In this document: in pieces, positions 37,511 to 50,039 of the stretch | How positions within the stretch are numbered: position 1 is the stretch's first letter | Layout of the letters: each line of letters starts with the position of its first letter | Assembly (NCBI RefSeq): GCF_036321535.1 | Contig: NC_087436.1 | Location: 120,654,001-120,718,000 of the forward strand | Direction of reading: 5' to 3' | Length of the DNA: 64,000 nucleotides | Origin: Camelus dromedarius | Lineage: Eukaryota | Position numbers and translations under genes: made by a program | The notes under the pieces: generated by a model | The model's database searches: none | Told to the model about the DNA's origin: nothing | Seen by the model: only the letters and a program-made list of their open reading frames with translations

Positions 37511-39654
37511 TCCGCATGTCCCGTCCCCGGGGCATCAAGCGTCGGCTGGGAGAAGCAGGGAGCCCAGCCCGTCTGCGGGAGCCCCCCAGCTGAGCTGGGG
37601 TCTGGCTGCACAGGAAAGGACCCACTGGCCTTCGTCCCCCCTGGAGGTGGACCTCAACCGGAGTGCCACACGTGTGCCTGCAGGCCAGCTCGTGGCCCCT
37701 GGGACACACCCCCGCCCCCTCCCCGCATGTGCTTCCTTCCCCGTGAGATGTCCTGCTCCCTCTGCCACGTGGACACCAGCCTCTGACCCTGGCAGGCAGA
37801 GAAGTGTGCCGGTTCCTGCCAGGCACCGTGCTCCTCGGTGGAGCTGAGCTGACCAGCACACCCCAGTTCCAGGGAGTTCCCTGCCCCGGTGAGCACCAAA
37901 GGGTCCTCCGCCCCACAGGGGCCTCTTTCTGAGCCCCCACCCCCGACTGAGGGTCCGGGTTGGGAGGGGCCGCGCAGCCCCTGCGCCGGGCGGTGGGGTT
38001 TCTCATGCATTCATTGCCTTGGCCGCGGGAGACCCACAGGTATCTTCCAGGCTCCTTCTGGCTGGGGTCCACGCCAAAGGGAGCTAGTCAGGCATGTGTT
38101 TCCCCCTTCCTATTTCCCTGTCCCCCCATTCTCTCCACAATTCTTTCCCTTAACTGTTTATTTTATGCAGCTTTGTTTGCTTGCTCGCATATTCTTTCTA
38201 GAACGAGGCAAAGGTAGGTGTTTGTTGACGGATGGACACAGAGACACAGCAGGAGAGACAGACACAGACAGACAGACAGACAGACAGACTACAGACTCGC
38301 TGTCACTGCAGACTCACCGTAGCGCCAGTCAGCTCATCACGGAGACCCCGTGCCCAGCCCTCAGGCCTGGCGGGGGGAGGCGCTGGACTCCACGCAGCCC
38401 CTGGCCCGGGACCCGCAGCAGAGAGGCCGTAAGGACCAGGATGTGGGCTCCTCCAGGGGCCACGTCTGGAGGGGACAGGAAGAGGGGGCTGCACAGGTCC
38501 TACAAGGCCATATGGGGTTGGGGGCCCATGGCGGCCTAGCAGGTCCTTTCTTGGGGTCCACCGTCTTCTGATTCTTCCAGCCGCCTCCCTAGCTGCTCAG
38601 GACCAGCTGCGGCGCCCCACCCAGGACCTTCCTCCCGGCGTCTTCCCGCACACTAAGTCAGCTGGCCTCGGGCTCCGTGCATCACTCCCGCACAAAGGGA
38701 GGTGTGTGCTAATCTGATTTTATTCTCATTCCCTAAGGCGCAGACTGCTGGCAACCCTGGTCCCCCAGGCCTTGTGCTGAAGTGTGGGCACCAGGAGGTG
38801 GCCTGTCTCACCTGTGTGAGCACCTGGCCCGGGGCTCGGGGCTACCCCAGTGAGCCCCGGGGGAGGGCCCAGAGTTGAGGAGTGAGGGCTTATCCCCCAG
38901 CTCACCCCAGCCTGCGTCTCAGCACCCCCAGGCTTCACAGAGAGCCAGCCGTCAGCCTGCCGGGGACGCCACGGAATACTTAGTCCAAACGACCTGCTCC
39001 AGGGCATGCCTGAGAGTGGATGGGTGCCCCACGTGGGTGTCTCCAGTGACAGGGAGCTCGCCACTCTGCAAGGGACGCCCATCCCTAGATACCTCTGCTT
39101 GTTGAAATGTCCACCTTTTTGAGCTGAAAGCTGCCGCCCCACGCATCCCCTCCTTGGGCCAAGCAGGCGTTCCTCCGCCCCCAAGCCCCACTCCAGAGGT
39201 GCCCCACCCAGCCTCTCCTGGACTGCACGACGGGAACTGGGGCTGCCCACCTGGCAAAACTCACCTAACAGAATCTCGGCCAACCAGAAGCTTCTAGTGA
39301 CTTCTGAAATCATTGCCTAGGATCGGGCAGCTTTGTGCCAAATTTGCTTCTGGAAAGAGCTCTGGGTTTGGGGTCAGCTGACCCCTGTTCCTGTCTGGCC
39401 CACCACCAAGCACTCATGTGCCTGGGGGCAGCCACTTAGCCCCTGGCCTGTGATTCTGTGGCTCACAGGGACCCCTGCCACCCACCTTGCATATGACACG
39501 AGGGGCAGACCCCAGAGAGGGTGTCCTGACGGCCATGCCAGATGTCACCCACCATGTCCTCCTAGGCCCACAGTCGGGACTAGGAAGGAAGCGGTGACCT
39601 CCACCAGGCTGCTTTAAGGAGGAAGGGCAGAAAGCTAAGGCAACTTTCCCAATG

Positions 39655-40081
39655 GGTGGGGTCTGAGGTCTGTTCCAGTCCGAACCCTGGTAGTTGTGAA
39701 TGTGGCCTTACTTGGAGATGGGGTCCTGGCAGATGTAACTAAGGTGAGGCCACCCGGGGTTGGGTGGGCCCTAAACCAAAGACTGGTGTCGTTGTAAGAA
39801 GAGGGAGACTTGGACACAGACCCACACAGGGAGGCGACCGTGTGAAGACAGAGACGGGGCCTGGACCGATGCGGCTTCAAGTCAAGGAGCCAAGGATGCC
39901 GGCAGCCACCAGGAGCCAGAACCAGCAAGGAAGGGCTCTACCCTGAGTCTCAGAGCAAACACGGCCCTGCCGACTCCTTGATCTCAGACTTCTGGCCTTC
40001 AGGAGACTGAGACGCTTCCACTGCTTTCCAGCCCCAGTCTGTGGTCCTTTTTTTGTGGCAGCCCCAAGGAAGAAACTCACA
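39655..40081 (+). mobile_element. MaLR solo LTR, MLT1C-like
   Basis: TGTGAATGTGGCCTTACTTGGAGAT, GGGTGGGCCCTAAACC, GACTGGTGTC, GTGTGAAGACAGAG, CTTGATCTCAGACTTCTGGCC, GGCAGCCCCAAGG..ACA. A MIR fragment follows at about 40085-40155. Confidence 0.9.
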
Positions 40082-41097
40082 ATCTGGTCTTGCTTCAAAG
40101 CTCTACCCGCTGTGTAATCTTGAGTGACTGGCCTAACCTCTCTGAGCTTCAGTCTACTGGTCAGAAGAAAGCAGAAGGAATCTTCTCCTCACTGGGGGCT
40201 GCAGGAGTGAAACGAGATGCTGAACGGGGACGTGGCAAGTGGTGGGAGGCTTCCGATTATTTGGAAAGCCTGTCCCTGCCAGGGCCGTGGGTGGGCAGCT
40301 CTGGTCCTGGGGTGGGGGTGGGGGACAGACACGCGAGGGAAGCGGGCTGTGAAGAGGCTTCCTTCTGCTCCCTTCGACGTGCGCAGCCGCAGCCGAGGCG
40401 CAGGAGGGCACGTGAAACGCTTTGAGCTGGGTCGGGGCAGGAGGGTCTGAGAAGGCTGCCCCAGCAGATAGGTGCGGGTCACGTTTCTGCTGGCGGCGCG
40501 AGCCAGCACGGAGTTGGAAGCCAGGAGGGGGCCTCAGGCCGGCATCCCCCCGCCCCCGGTTTCTCCTGCCCGCGCTTCTCCGTGGGACTCTGCTTAGTAC
40601 ATGTTAACGCACCTCCAGTTACTGATGACAGGTCAGGGAGGCCTCCCTGCCGCCTGCGTCTGTGCGCGGGACGTGGCTGTGTCCTTCCAAGCCGGCACCA
40701 GCAATTAGGTCTCATGGGGACTGTAGGCGGTGGGGGGCATCTCCCGGCTGTCTTGGGGGCCCAGAAGGCCACCCCTTTTCTCAGGGAGAGCAAGGGAGCA
40801 ATTTGGCCAAGTGTCGAGTATGATCCAGGACCCCAGGGCCAGGAGCCAAGGACACCTTCCCCAGGCTGTGACCCCTGGCCTGTTCCCATTGGCTGCAAAG
40901 AAATGGAGGTGAACCAGCCAAGGGGCTCCTCGGACGGGGGACACCCATCAGGCGGACACAGGAGGCGGAGCAGGCTTGGGAGGCGAGTGGAGCGGGCTTT
41001 GGACCCTCGGCACTCCCCAGACAGGGGCGCTGTCATCAGTCTCTGACTCCCTCCCCCATTCCTGCAAAGGGCTGTCTGAGACCTCGGAACTGGCCCC

Positions 41098-41408
41098 TGC
41101 TGCGGACTAAATGGTCCCCCCACAAATTCATATATGAGATCCTACCCCACAATGTGATGATACTTCAGAGGTCGTTAAGGTTTAGGGATCCTCAGGGGGG
41201 CCTGATATGGTAGGTCTCCCTCTGTCCCCACCATGTGAGCACACAGTGAGAGGGCGCCGGGCACAAACCCAAAAGAGGCTCTCGGCAGAGCCTGCGCCTG
41301 CTGGCGCCCTGAGCTCAGGCTTCAGCCTACGCGTGTGTGCGGGGACACACTTCCATGGCTTAAGCCCCCAGTCCATGGTGCTCTGTGGCGGCAGCCCAGG
41401 CTAAGATG
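41098..41408 (+). mobile_element. MaLR solo LTR, MLT1A-like
   Basis: TGCTGCGGACTAAATGGTCCCCCCACAAATTCATAT, CCACCATGTGAGCACACAGTGAGA, TTAAGCCCCCAGTCCATGG..GCAGCCCAGGCTAAGA. Confidence 0.85.
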
Positions 41409-41824
41409 CTCCTGCAGACGGAGAAGGGGACCCCGGGCTGCGGGGTGCTGGGAGCCAGTGCCCTGGCCCTTCTCCCCACAGGGCTCTGCCTCACGCACCT
41501 CTCTGCCTGGGCTGCTGGAATTGGGGTCATGCTGACGGCCAGAGGTCACCCCACGAGTCCTGCACAGTTCACACCGGGCCCTGGGGTGGGCATGGTCCCC
41601 GTCGCCCTAATCCTGTGGTCTCAGGGCACGCTCAGTGCCTGGCATGATGTGGGACACGTCCCACAGCCCAGAAAACGGCAGAGCTGGAGCCCGGCCCTGG
41701 GATGCGTGTGGCGCTGGGCAGGCGGGACCAGGCTTCCCCAGGCCGAAGGCGGTGCCTTAACCTCTGAGAGCAGGAAGGAGGGCGGTGGGGATGCTCTCGT
41801 GGCCAGTGGTGAGTATCAGGAGAT

Positions 41825-42210
41825 ACAGTGCATGAGTCATGTCTCCAAAACTCATGTCCACCTGGAATCTCAGAATGTGACTTTATTTGGAAACGGGGTC
41901 TTCGCGGATGAAACAGAGGTAAGGATGGGGTTAGGGTGGACCCTGGGTCTAATGACTGGTGTCTGTATAAGAGACAGAGAAAGATACCCAGGGAGCCGGG
42001 GGAAGGCCACGTGAGGACGGAGAATACACTGGAGAGACTCGGCCACGAGCCCAGGGACGCCTGGAGCCACCTCCCCTGGAGGCTCCTGAGGGATCACGAC
42101 CCCACTCACACCTTGATTTTGAACTGCTGGCCTGCAGAGCCCCGAGAAGCTACCCGTCTGCTGTTTGAAGTCCCCCCACCCCCCCGTCTGTGGTACCAGA
42201 AAGCTGATAC
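41825..42210 (+). mobile_element. MaLR solo LTR, MLT1C-like
   Basis: CTCATGTCCACCTGGAATCTCAGAATGTGACTTTATTTGGAAACGGGGTCTT, AATGACTGGTGTC, CACCTTGATTTTGAAC, ..AAAGCTGATACA. Confidence 0.88.
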
Positions 42211-44399
42211 AGGAGATACTGAGGCTGGCCCGGCACCTGGCCCCCAAGAGAAGGATGTCTCAGACATAGTCCCCCAAGGCCACCCCCCAGAGCCAGACGC
42301 CAGGTCCAGGGGTCAGCCCTCCTTGAGCCCTCAGCCTGGCACCTGGACCCTGCTTGAATCGTAGGCACTCGGCACGATGCACTGACTTCACGAATGGCTG
42401 AAACCAGGTGTGTCTGTAGCGAACTCAGGTGGCTGATCTAACTGAAGCCTCAGAATGATCAACACCCTTCGCAGGAGTTAGTAAGTTTGCCCTCGATGAG
42501 GCGCATTTTAGAATTGTCTCTATTGGACAGCTGAGAAAATCCGAGGCTCGGGAGGTGATTTACGCCCAGCAGCATCGGGTGGGGAGCAGTGGCCCCAGAA
42601 CTGCCCCTTCCCCACATTCCCGGTCCTCCTCTCAGCTGAGAACCTCAGCCTCGTCCTTACCGCGCTGCGGGGTTAGTACCAGTGAGAACGGAGCATTAAC
42701 TGATGGATGAGCTAGGGTTTGCCATGCCCTCCTGCGCTGGGTGCTGGAGACACAGCAGGACACACGCGGGCCCTGACCTGGGGGTCCCCACCAAGCTGGG
42801 GAGAGATGAAAACTTTCGCAAAAGGGTGAAGCAGGTGGGGTTTCTCCGCAGCCACCATGCCTGCGTAGTGAGAGCACAGAGCACCGGGCCAGAGAGACTC
42901 TGGGTGGTTGGTGTACTCCCCGGATGGCCCTTCCCCTCGTCTGTCCTTCTGTCCCCGTGGGGCTGGTAGCACCATAGCTTTCCCACCCACCCCACACCAG
43001 GCATGGAAGTCAGATCCTTGCCCACAGAAACAGGCAGGAGGGGACCATCTGGCAAAGGGACATAAGGCAGCGCAAGCTCGAGGAGGCAGCCTCCCCGCCT
43101 CGCCCCTTGTTCCCAGCCCCTCTGCGCAGCTCAGTGGCAGGACCCACCACTCTTACAGAGTCATGTCACCACAGGGCCGGGGCCATTGATGACAGGAGCC
43201 TGGCCTGACACCTCCGATCCTTGGCACCTGAGCGGGAGGCAGACCAGGTGCCGGGCAAGTGCTGGGGGCGGGGTTGGGGCAGGTGGGGGGAGAACCCTAA
43301 TGTGGCAAACACGGGAATTACGGTTCTGAGTCATTGTTCTCGCGACAGCTATCCAAGATTAATTTACATGGGAAGTACATAGTTTATGCTGAATTGATTA
43401 TAGGATTTCTCAGCCCATAAGAAGGCTCTGCCCCTTTCCCTTGCCCGTGGGAGCACAGTTCCCTATGATGTGGAATGCAGAGTGGAAGGAGGCAGTTGGA
43501 GGTCAAGGGCCAAGGGGATGGAGGAGCCCCTGGCATCAGCAAGAGGCCTGATTAGAAGCTCATAGGCCATCCGCTTCTGGGAAGTGCCCCCTCCCAGGGC
43601 TGCACCGGCTCCGCAGTCTGAGATGGCAGCCAAAGCCAGACCCAGGTCCCTGGCCCATGCTAACCGGTGACAGGTCCTGGGCTGGGGTCTGCAGGCAGAG
43701 CAGAGCCTGAGAGCCTGTCCTGCCCACCAGGGGCTGGCAGTGCAGCTGGGAAATAGGACCGAGACACACGAAGAGTTAAATAAGTGACAGATCGCAGGGA
43801 CGGCTCCAGACAACCAAGGAGACGTTCCCAAGACAGGACATGAACGATGGCAGGTAACTGTCACACACAGCACGCCGGGCCCTCCTGGCCCCAGCGCCAC
43901 TCTCCATCTCCATGGCCTCCTCATTTTGACTGGGCTCATTGCCGATCCAACTGTTCCTGCCATCTGTTGTCCACACTGCCGCTGAGGGACAGTTCTCAAG
44001 TGCCCCTTAGACGCCCAAGTAAAGGGGGTGGCTAGGGATGAGAGCCTGGGCTCCCCTTCCCAATCAGGGAGTGCAGTGAACATTACAACACATACAAGCT
44101 CATGGAAGTTCGTTGGCAACGTCCAGGCAATTACTTTATAGGGTCCAACAGCCTGCTGTCTGATTTCGTGGAAGAGACCAAAGGAAACACAGGCCCTGGC
44201 ATCAGGACATGACCCCCGGGTGCCCCTTTGCAGGGGAGAAGGTGGGCTGACAAAACTCTGAGCACACCCACTGAAGGACAGCGACAAAGCAGAGGGGCAG
44301 ACACCCCAGAGGAAGGCCAGGAAGACCCTTGGGAGTGAGGGGCTCAGGGTCCCAAGAGACACAGACAATCTCCCAGGGCTCCCCCTTTTTAATGGTTCA

Positions 44400-45320
44400 C
44401 ATGGATTTGGCCAAACGGCCAAAACTAAGTAATGGCAAACAAATGAATCAGAGCAGAAAGACAAGGGTGTTGAAACAACCAGGGGGAGGATCGGGGAAGA
44501 GCAAAACGATTCCACCAGTCCACCAGCTGGTGACCCTGAGGAGGTGACCCCTGAGATGGAACAGCAATTAGACACGTGATTGTAAGATCATGAGATCATA
44601 CAGGAGAAACCTTCCCTGGAAGGAGGAAAAGGCAAACTTGCAAACTGAGCAGCTGATCATTTTCCAGGGCAAGGTGATGGCCAGTGGGCCACACTGACGT
44701 GCTCCTGGTCAGATTATTGAACTTGGAGGATAAAGGGGCATGTTTAGGTCAGGCAGGCAAAACCAGTAAGGCTGTTATCAAATGACTGCAGCATCCTTCA
44801 ATGCCACAAAAATATCTCTGGATGAAAGAGCTTGTGGAGGAAAAACTAAGATTTTAAAAAAGCAGCCCAAGGACAAGGCATCCAGCTGAGATTCTCAAGC
44901 ACGAGATTGTTCACAGCAAATAGCAGCCGAAAGTCCCTCTCGGAAAAAAATACTTCATGACCAAGTCCAGCCAACTGAAGATAAAAGGAGCTAAAGAAAG
45001 AAATGCAACCCAGGGACTCCACACCCAGCCAGGGTGGCCCCTGGGGGCAAAGGCAAAAATAGGCAATGTCAACGTGCAAGCATGCAAGAATCCAGAAAAC
45101 AGGGCATTTAGGACCCTTCTCATGGGAAATATACCACTTTGGGAAAGTAATTTGATAAAATATGATTAAAAATTTAAAAATCTCAGGATTAGAAAAGTTG
45201 TAGTTAAACAAAAGGTTGAGGGTAAGCATTGATTCACTCAATAAATAGGTATATTAGGATCACGGTAGAAACCATGAGTGTTTAAACCCTGACAAAGTAG
45301 AACCAATACTACAATAAGCA
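44400..45320 (+). mobile_element. Very old L1-ORF1/HAL1-like fragment
   Basis: A-rich strand with degraded ORF1-like blocks (ATACAGGAGAAACCTTCCCTG..CTTGCAAACTGA..TTCCAGGGCAAGGTGAT..ATTATTGAACTT). Family is tentative. Confidence 0.45.
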
Positions 45321-45364
45321 AAAAAGTTTAGCATTTTGATTGGGATTACACTAAACCTATAGCT

Positions 45365-45578
45365 CAGGGGTGGGCAAATTTTCTTAAAGGGCCAGGGAGT
45401 AAACACTTTATTTAGGCTTTGAGGACCATACGGTCTTTATTACAAGCAGTCAGCTCTGCCATTGAAGTTCAAAATATCCATAGACATTACATAAACTACT
45501 GGGCATGGCTATGTTCCAATAAAACTTTATTTGCAAAAGCAGGCAGCCAGCTAGAGGGTTATAGTTTGCCAACCCGTT
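45365..45578. mobile_element. MER58A (hAT-Charlie) inserted into L1
   Basis: TIRs CAGGGGTGGGCAAA..TTTGCCAACCCG. Internal AAAGGGCCAG, TTTAGGCTTTG, GTTCCAATAAAACTTTATTT. Confidence 0.9.
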
Positions 45579-46675
45579 CAACTGATGGAATCAATTGGTG
45601 GAAAAGAGTCATCTCAACAACATTGAACCTTCCAATCCATGAACATTGTATATCTTTTCATTTATGTAGATCTTCTGTAATTGCACCCAGAAATGTTTTG
45701 AGTCTTTATGTAGAAGTCTTATAAACATTCATGAAATTTACACCTAACTTCTTTATATTACTCCAAATGTTTTTTTTTTTTTAATTTCCAGTTTTGAAAA
45801 AAAAAAGGGGGGGGGCAACTTCCAAGCCATTGCTAGTTTGAAGAAATATTATTGATTTTTGTACATTGACCTTGTATCATCCAACCTTGTGTAATTCAGT
45901 TATTAGGTCTAGCAGACTTTTGAAGATTTCTTATGATTTTCTATATAGACAGACATGCTACTGCAAATACAGCTTATTTCTTCCTTTCCAACATGTATGT
46001 CTTTTGTTCATTTGATTGATTTTTCAAATCTTGAGCCAACCTTGCATTCCTGGGATAAATCCCATTGGTCTTCTTATGTATTGTTGGATTCAATTTGCTA
46101 ATATTTTATTGAGTATCATGAAAGATATTGTTCTGGGAAAGATATGTTCTGGTTCATGTTCATAAAAGGTACTGGTCTGGTTTTCTTTTCTCATAATTTC
46201 TTTGTCTGGTTTTGGTATCAGGGTAATGCTGGCCTCAAAAGAGAAAAAAATTTTTTAAAGATTCCTTCCTTCTCCTCTTATTTTCTGAAGGAATTCGTGT
46301 TATATTGATACTTCTTTCTTATAAGTTTTACAGGATGCATCAGTGGAGCCATCCAGACCTGGAATTTTGTTTATAGAAAGGTATTTGGTATTACAAAAAG
46401 TGGATGTTTTTGATAGTTATAGAGATATTCAGAATTTCTATTTCTTCTTGAGTCAGTTTGATAACTTACAAGTTTCAAGGAATCTGCCCATTTATCTAAG
46501 TTATCAAGTTTATGGGACATATGGTTGGGTTTTTGCTTTATTTAAAAAAAATTGACAGACAAAAAGCTGTATTTAATTAATGTATATCTTTGATGAATTT
46601 GGAGATATATGCTGGTGAAACTTCCAGCACAATCCATGCCATCACCTCCAAAAGTTTCCTCCCACCATCTTATTT

Positions 46676-46827
46676 TTTTTAAATTTTAATATTTTTTGTT
46701 GAGTTATAGTCATTTTACAATGTTGTGTCAAATTCCAGTGTAGAGCACAATTTTTCAGTTATACATGAACACACATATATTCATTGCCACATTTTTTTTT
46801 TCACTGTAGCCACCACAGATCCTGAAT
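46676..46827 (-). mobile_element. Young 5'-truncated camelid-type L1 3' end with a perfect 14-bp TSD
   Basis: Poly-T tail then TTGAGTTATAGTCATTTTACAATGTTGTGTCAAATTCCAGTGTAGAGCA. Flanked by CCACCATCTTATTT at 46662-46675 and 46828-46841. Confidence 0.9.
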
Positions 46828-47894
46828 CCACCATCTTATTTAGGTTGTTTATGATAGTTCCTTAGTTTCTTCGTAGTGACTGTAGGATCTGTAGTGAAAT
46901 CTTATTTTCATTTTTTATGTTGGTAAATTATGTGCTTTCTTTTTTTTTTTTTCTTTATTGGCCTTTCTCAAAGTTTATTAAATTAATTTTAGAGAACAAG
47001 TTTTTGGCTGTATGAATTTTCTGTTTAGTTTCTATTTCATTATTTCTGTTCTTTATTTCATCCTTCTTTTTGCTTACTTTGAGTTTACTTGTCTCTTTTT
47101 TTTCTTCTTACTGTAAACTTTGATCACTGATTTTAAGCCACCTTCCTTCTCTGATGTAGGTAAAGAAATAAATTCCCTGGAAAATATTTTTAGCTATGTC
47201 TCACAAATTCTGAGATGATATGTTTCCATGATCATTCAGGTTAAAATGTTTTCTAATTTTCCTGGTGAATTATTCCTTGACCCATGGGAGAAACCTGTTA
47301 ATTTCCAAATCCTGGGGGACTTTCTAGATGTCTTATCTGTATTGATTTCTCATTTATTTCTCCTATGGTCAGAGAACACACTCTGAAGTTTCAGTCTTCT
47401 GAAGTTTATGGAGATTTACTTTTTATCCCAGAAGTGGTCTGTCTTGACCAATGTCCCATGGCGAAAGAACCTCCCAGGCATCGGCATAGCGGTCCATAGT
47501 GTCAGTGAGGTCGGGGGGCTGATGATGTTGTTTGGATCATCTGCCTCTTACTGAGTTTCTGTCTCCGTGTTCAGTTACTGAGTGACAGGTTTGAAACCCT
47601 CCTCTGCTACCCTCCCCTCAGGAGCCACCAAGCTGCTCTGCCTGCTGTCCAGTGCCCGGGCAGGGATGTCATGGTCAGCCCTGTAGTTTCACACCACAAG
47701 GACCAGTTCATCCATCATGGCTGGAAGTGAAAATCCCAACGGATCCACTTTTCCCTAAACTTGACATTCCTTTTTCCCTCAGGAAAATGCCATGTACCTC
47801 TTGGCCCAATTTGGCGCATAGTCGGGGCGCAATCAGTCAAGGAGAGATGGTGAGTAAGTGGCGGCCATGCCCCACACTTTGTAGCACTCACTGC

Positions 47895-48075
47895 TTTCAG
47901 GGGGCTTCCACAGCCACCACTTTGTCCGAACATCATAATACTCCTGTAAGATGTACTGAACCAATATGACTTTTTCCCCATTCTTAGATGAGGAAACTAA
48001 GATTTAAACAGATGAGGGGATTCATCCACAGTTGCAGGGCTAGAAAATGCCATTCTGCACTTGGAACTCCTACAC
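47895..48075 (-). mobile_element. MIR SINE
   Basis: CCCCATTCTTAGATGAGGAAACTAAGATTTA. Confidence 0.75.
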
Positions 48076-49079
48076 CAGTGTCCTCCCCTACAGCACCCTC
48101 TGACCCCCGCCACCTCCACATCTCCTGCTCAGCCTCCCTTCTCTGTTCTCCTTGGAAAAAGCACCCAACATATGGGATTCCCTCAAGATCAATATGATGA
48201 CCAGGGTAATAATCAGGAATAATTGGTGTTCCCATCAAACTTGGCAATACCTGAACTCCAACACTTGAGAAACAGTGTCACTAGACGGCTTCAAAAGTCA
48301 TTCGAGTTGGCCTCCAGGTCAACACAAATTAGGGAATAGAAAATTTGAACAAAATATTGGTGAATGGGAATAGAGGCCTGGGCAGGGGGGCACTGGCAAT
48401 GGCAACAGACGTTCCTGTTAGGTCAGGCAAAAAAGGCTGGAAATGAGTTTTCCCTGAGCCTGAATCCACAGACCCCTTAAATAATAGTGGTCCCTTTTGC
48501 ACCCTGGGAGCCCCTTGGCTTGAATGCCGCTGGAAATGCCACAGGAATGTCTCATACGCCATCTCTGCAGCCAGTTGGACTAAGATATTACTCTGTTTCA
48601 GTGGCTCCAGATTTTATAAAAACTTCAGGGGGGAAAAAAACGCTTTAAAGCATCTAGAGGTGTCCGATATCTCTTGGGGTGTTCAAGGCAGGCTGCACAT
48701 GGGCCGGATGTACTGAATATTCATTGTCCATAAAAGTCAGCCCCTCATTTGTCTTTGTCGCTGGGAGATTTCCAAGAAGGACCCTCTCCAAGGCTTCCAG
48801 CTTGGAAAGTCAGACCCAGAGATTGTGTCTAGACACACAGATGTGTTAGGGAGTAACAGCCATGAAGCAGTTCCTTATTTTTATTAATATCTGTCACTTG
48901 ACAAATATTTTGAATAGATGAATAACACCAGGAAGGGTCTGATGGGTACATAATTAACTCAACTGATTCAAAGTGATTTAGAAAGCAAGTTAATATCTAT
49001 TGCATTAAAAAAAAAAAGAAAGAAAAAAACCCTTCCTTTAAATTCCATAGACTTTCCAGAACTCAAGGACCCAAAGTGG

Positions 49080-49140
49080 CCTTGTGCCTGGCATGTGGCA
49101 GGCACTCAATAAATAATTACTGAATAAATCGATGAATGAT
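49080..49140 (+). mobile_element. L2 3' terminus
   Basis: GTGCCTGGCATGTGGCAGGCACTCAATAAATAATTACTGAATAAATCGATGAATGA. Confidence 0.8.
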
Positions 49141-49664
49141 TATAGATGCTTCAAAAATGACGATTCAATAATGGAGCCAGAGAAGCAATTCAAGCACTTT
49201 TCTGAAATGGAAATTCACACTGCAGTGACCACACCCAGCAAACCCCTTCCCCTGGGGAACCAGCCCGTGGGGTCCCAGCCTCCAAAGGCCAGAGCAGGCT
49301 CGGGCCTGGCCCGCCTCCGCAGGGCTGTCTGGGTCCCCAGCACACTGCTGCACCGGGCCGTTGTGGCCCCGTTCTCTGGCACCCGGCCGCCAGCCGTGAG
49401 CACACGGAGACACAGACCTGCCTCATTCGTATCTGAGAATTGTGTTCAACCAGGACCCGGCCCAAAGCAAGGCTGGAGCAACAATTATCCAGCATATTTA
49501 ATAATTAAAAACAGTTAAATTTAGACTGCAAACATTTTTACACATCTGGATGGAAATGTGTTTTGATTCACAAGATCTAGAGAAATTCATGAGTATTCAA
49601 AAAAAACACTTTATGACCCAAATCTACCATCACATAAAATATAATAATAAAATCATATTAATAA

Positions 49665-49858
49665 GTGTATATAAAATATATATATTTAATAAATTTGTTA
49701 TACATATGTATTCGTTACACGTTATTTACATGCATAAATATATTATTAATTATATATATATGTTACATGCATTATTTTATATATGCATATATTATATATT
49801 ACTTTATATATACATATATTATGTGTGTGTGTGTGTGTGTGTGTATATAAATATATAA
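49665..49858. repeat. AT-rich degenerate (TA)n plus (TG)n tract
   Basis: Direct reading. Confidence 0.9.
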
Positions 49859-50039
49859 AAGTGCATATCCTAACCTACTGGAAAAAAACCTGATACTTCT
49901 ACCAGTTTCCACTGGTTTAACTTATTGGATTATATCTTACATAAAAGTTGAAAATGTGGAACTTAAAAACATTTAACAGAGACAATCTTCCTGGATATTA
50001 CATGAATAGAGGCAAATTCGAAACAGAAAGCTAATACCA

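Larger units (their letters stand above)
45325..47590 (-). mobile_element. Old L1M ORF2 region with nested insertions
   Basis: TTTTGATTGGGATTACACTAAACCTATAG, CTTCCAATCCATGAACA, CCTTGCATTCCTGGGATAAATCCCA, TTTGTCTGGTTTTGGTATCAGGGTAATGCTGGCCTCA, TGGTCAGAGAACACACTCTG. Confidence 0.88.

Noticed and set aside
39655..42210. Adjacent same-strand MLT1 LTRs as a full provirus
   Set aside because: The intervening sequence is short and contains MIR, unique DNA and a different MLT1 subfamily. I saw no MaLR internal region, so these are independent solo LTRs.
43463..44575. 370 aa ORF on the - strand
   Set aside because: No recognisable protein. It runs across degraded L2 and L1-like sequence.
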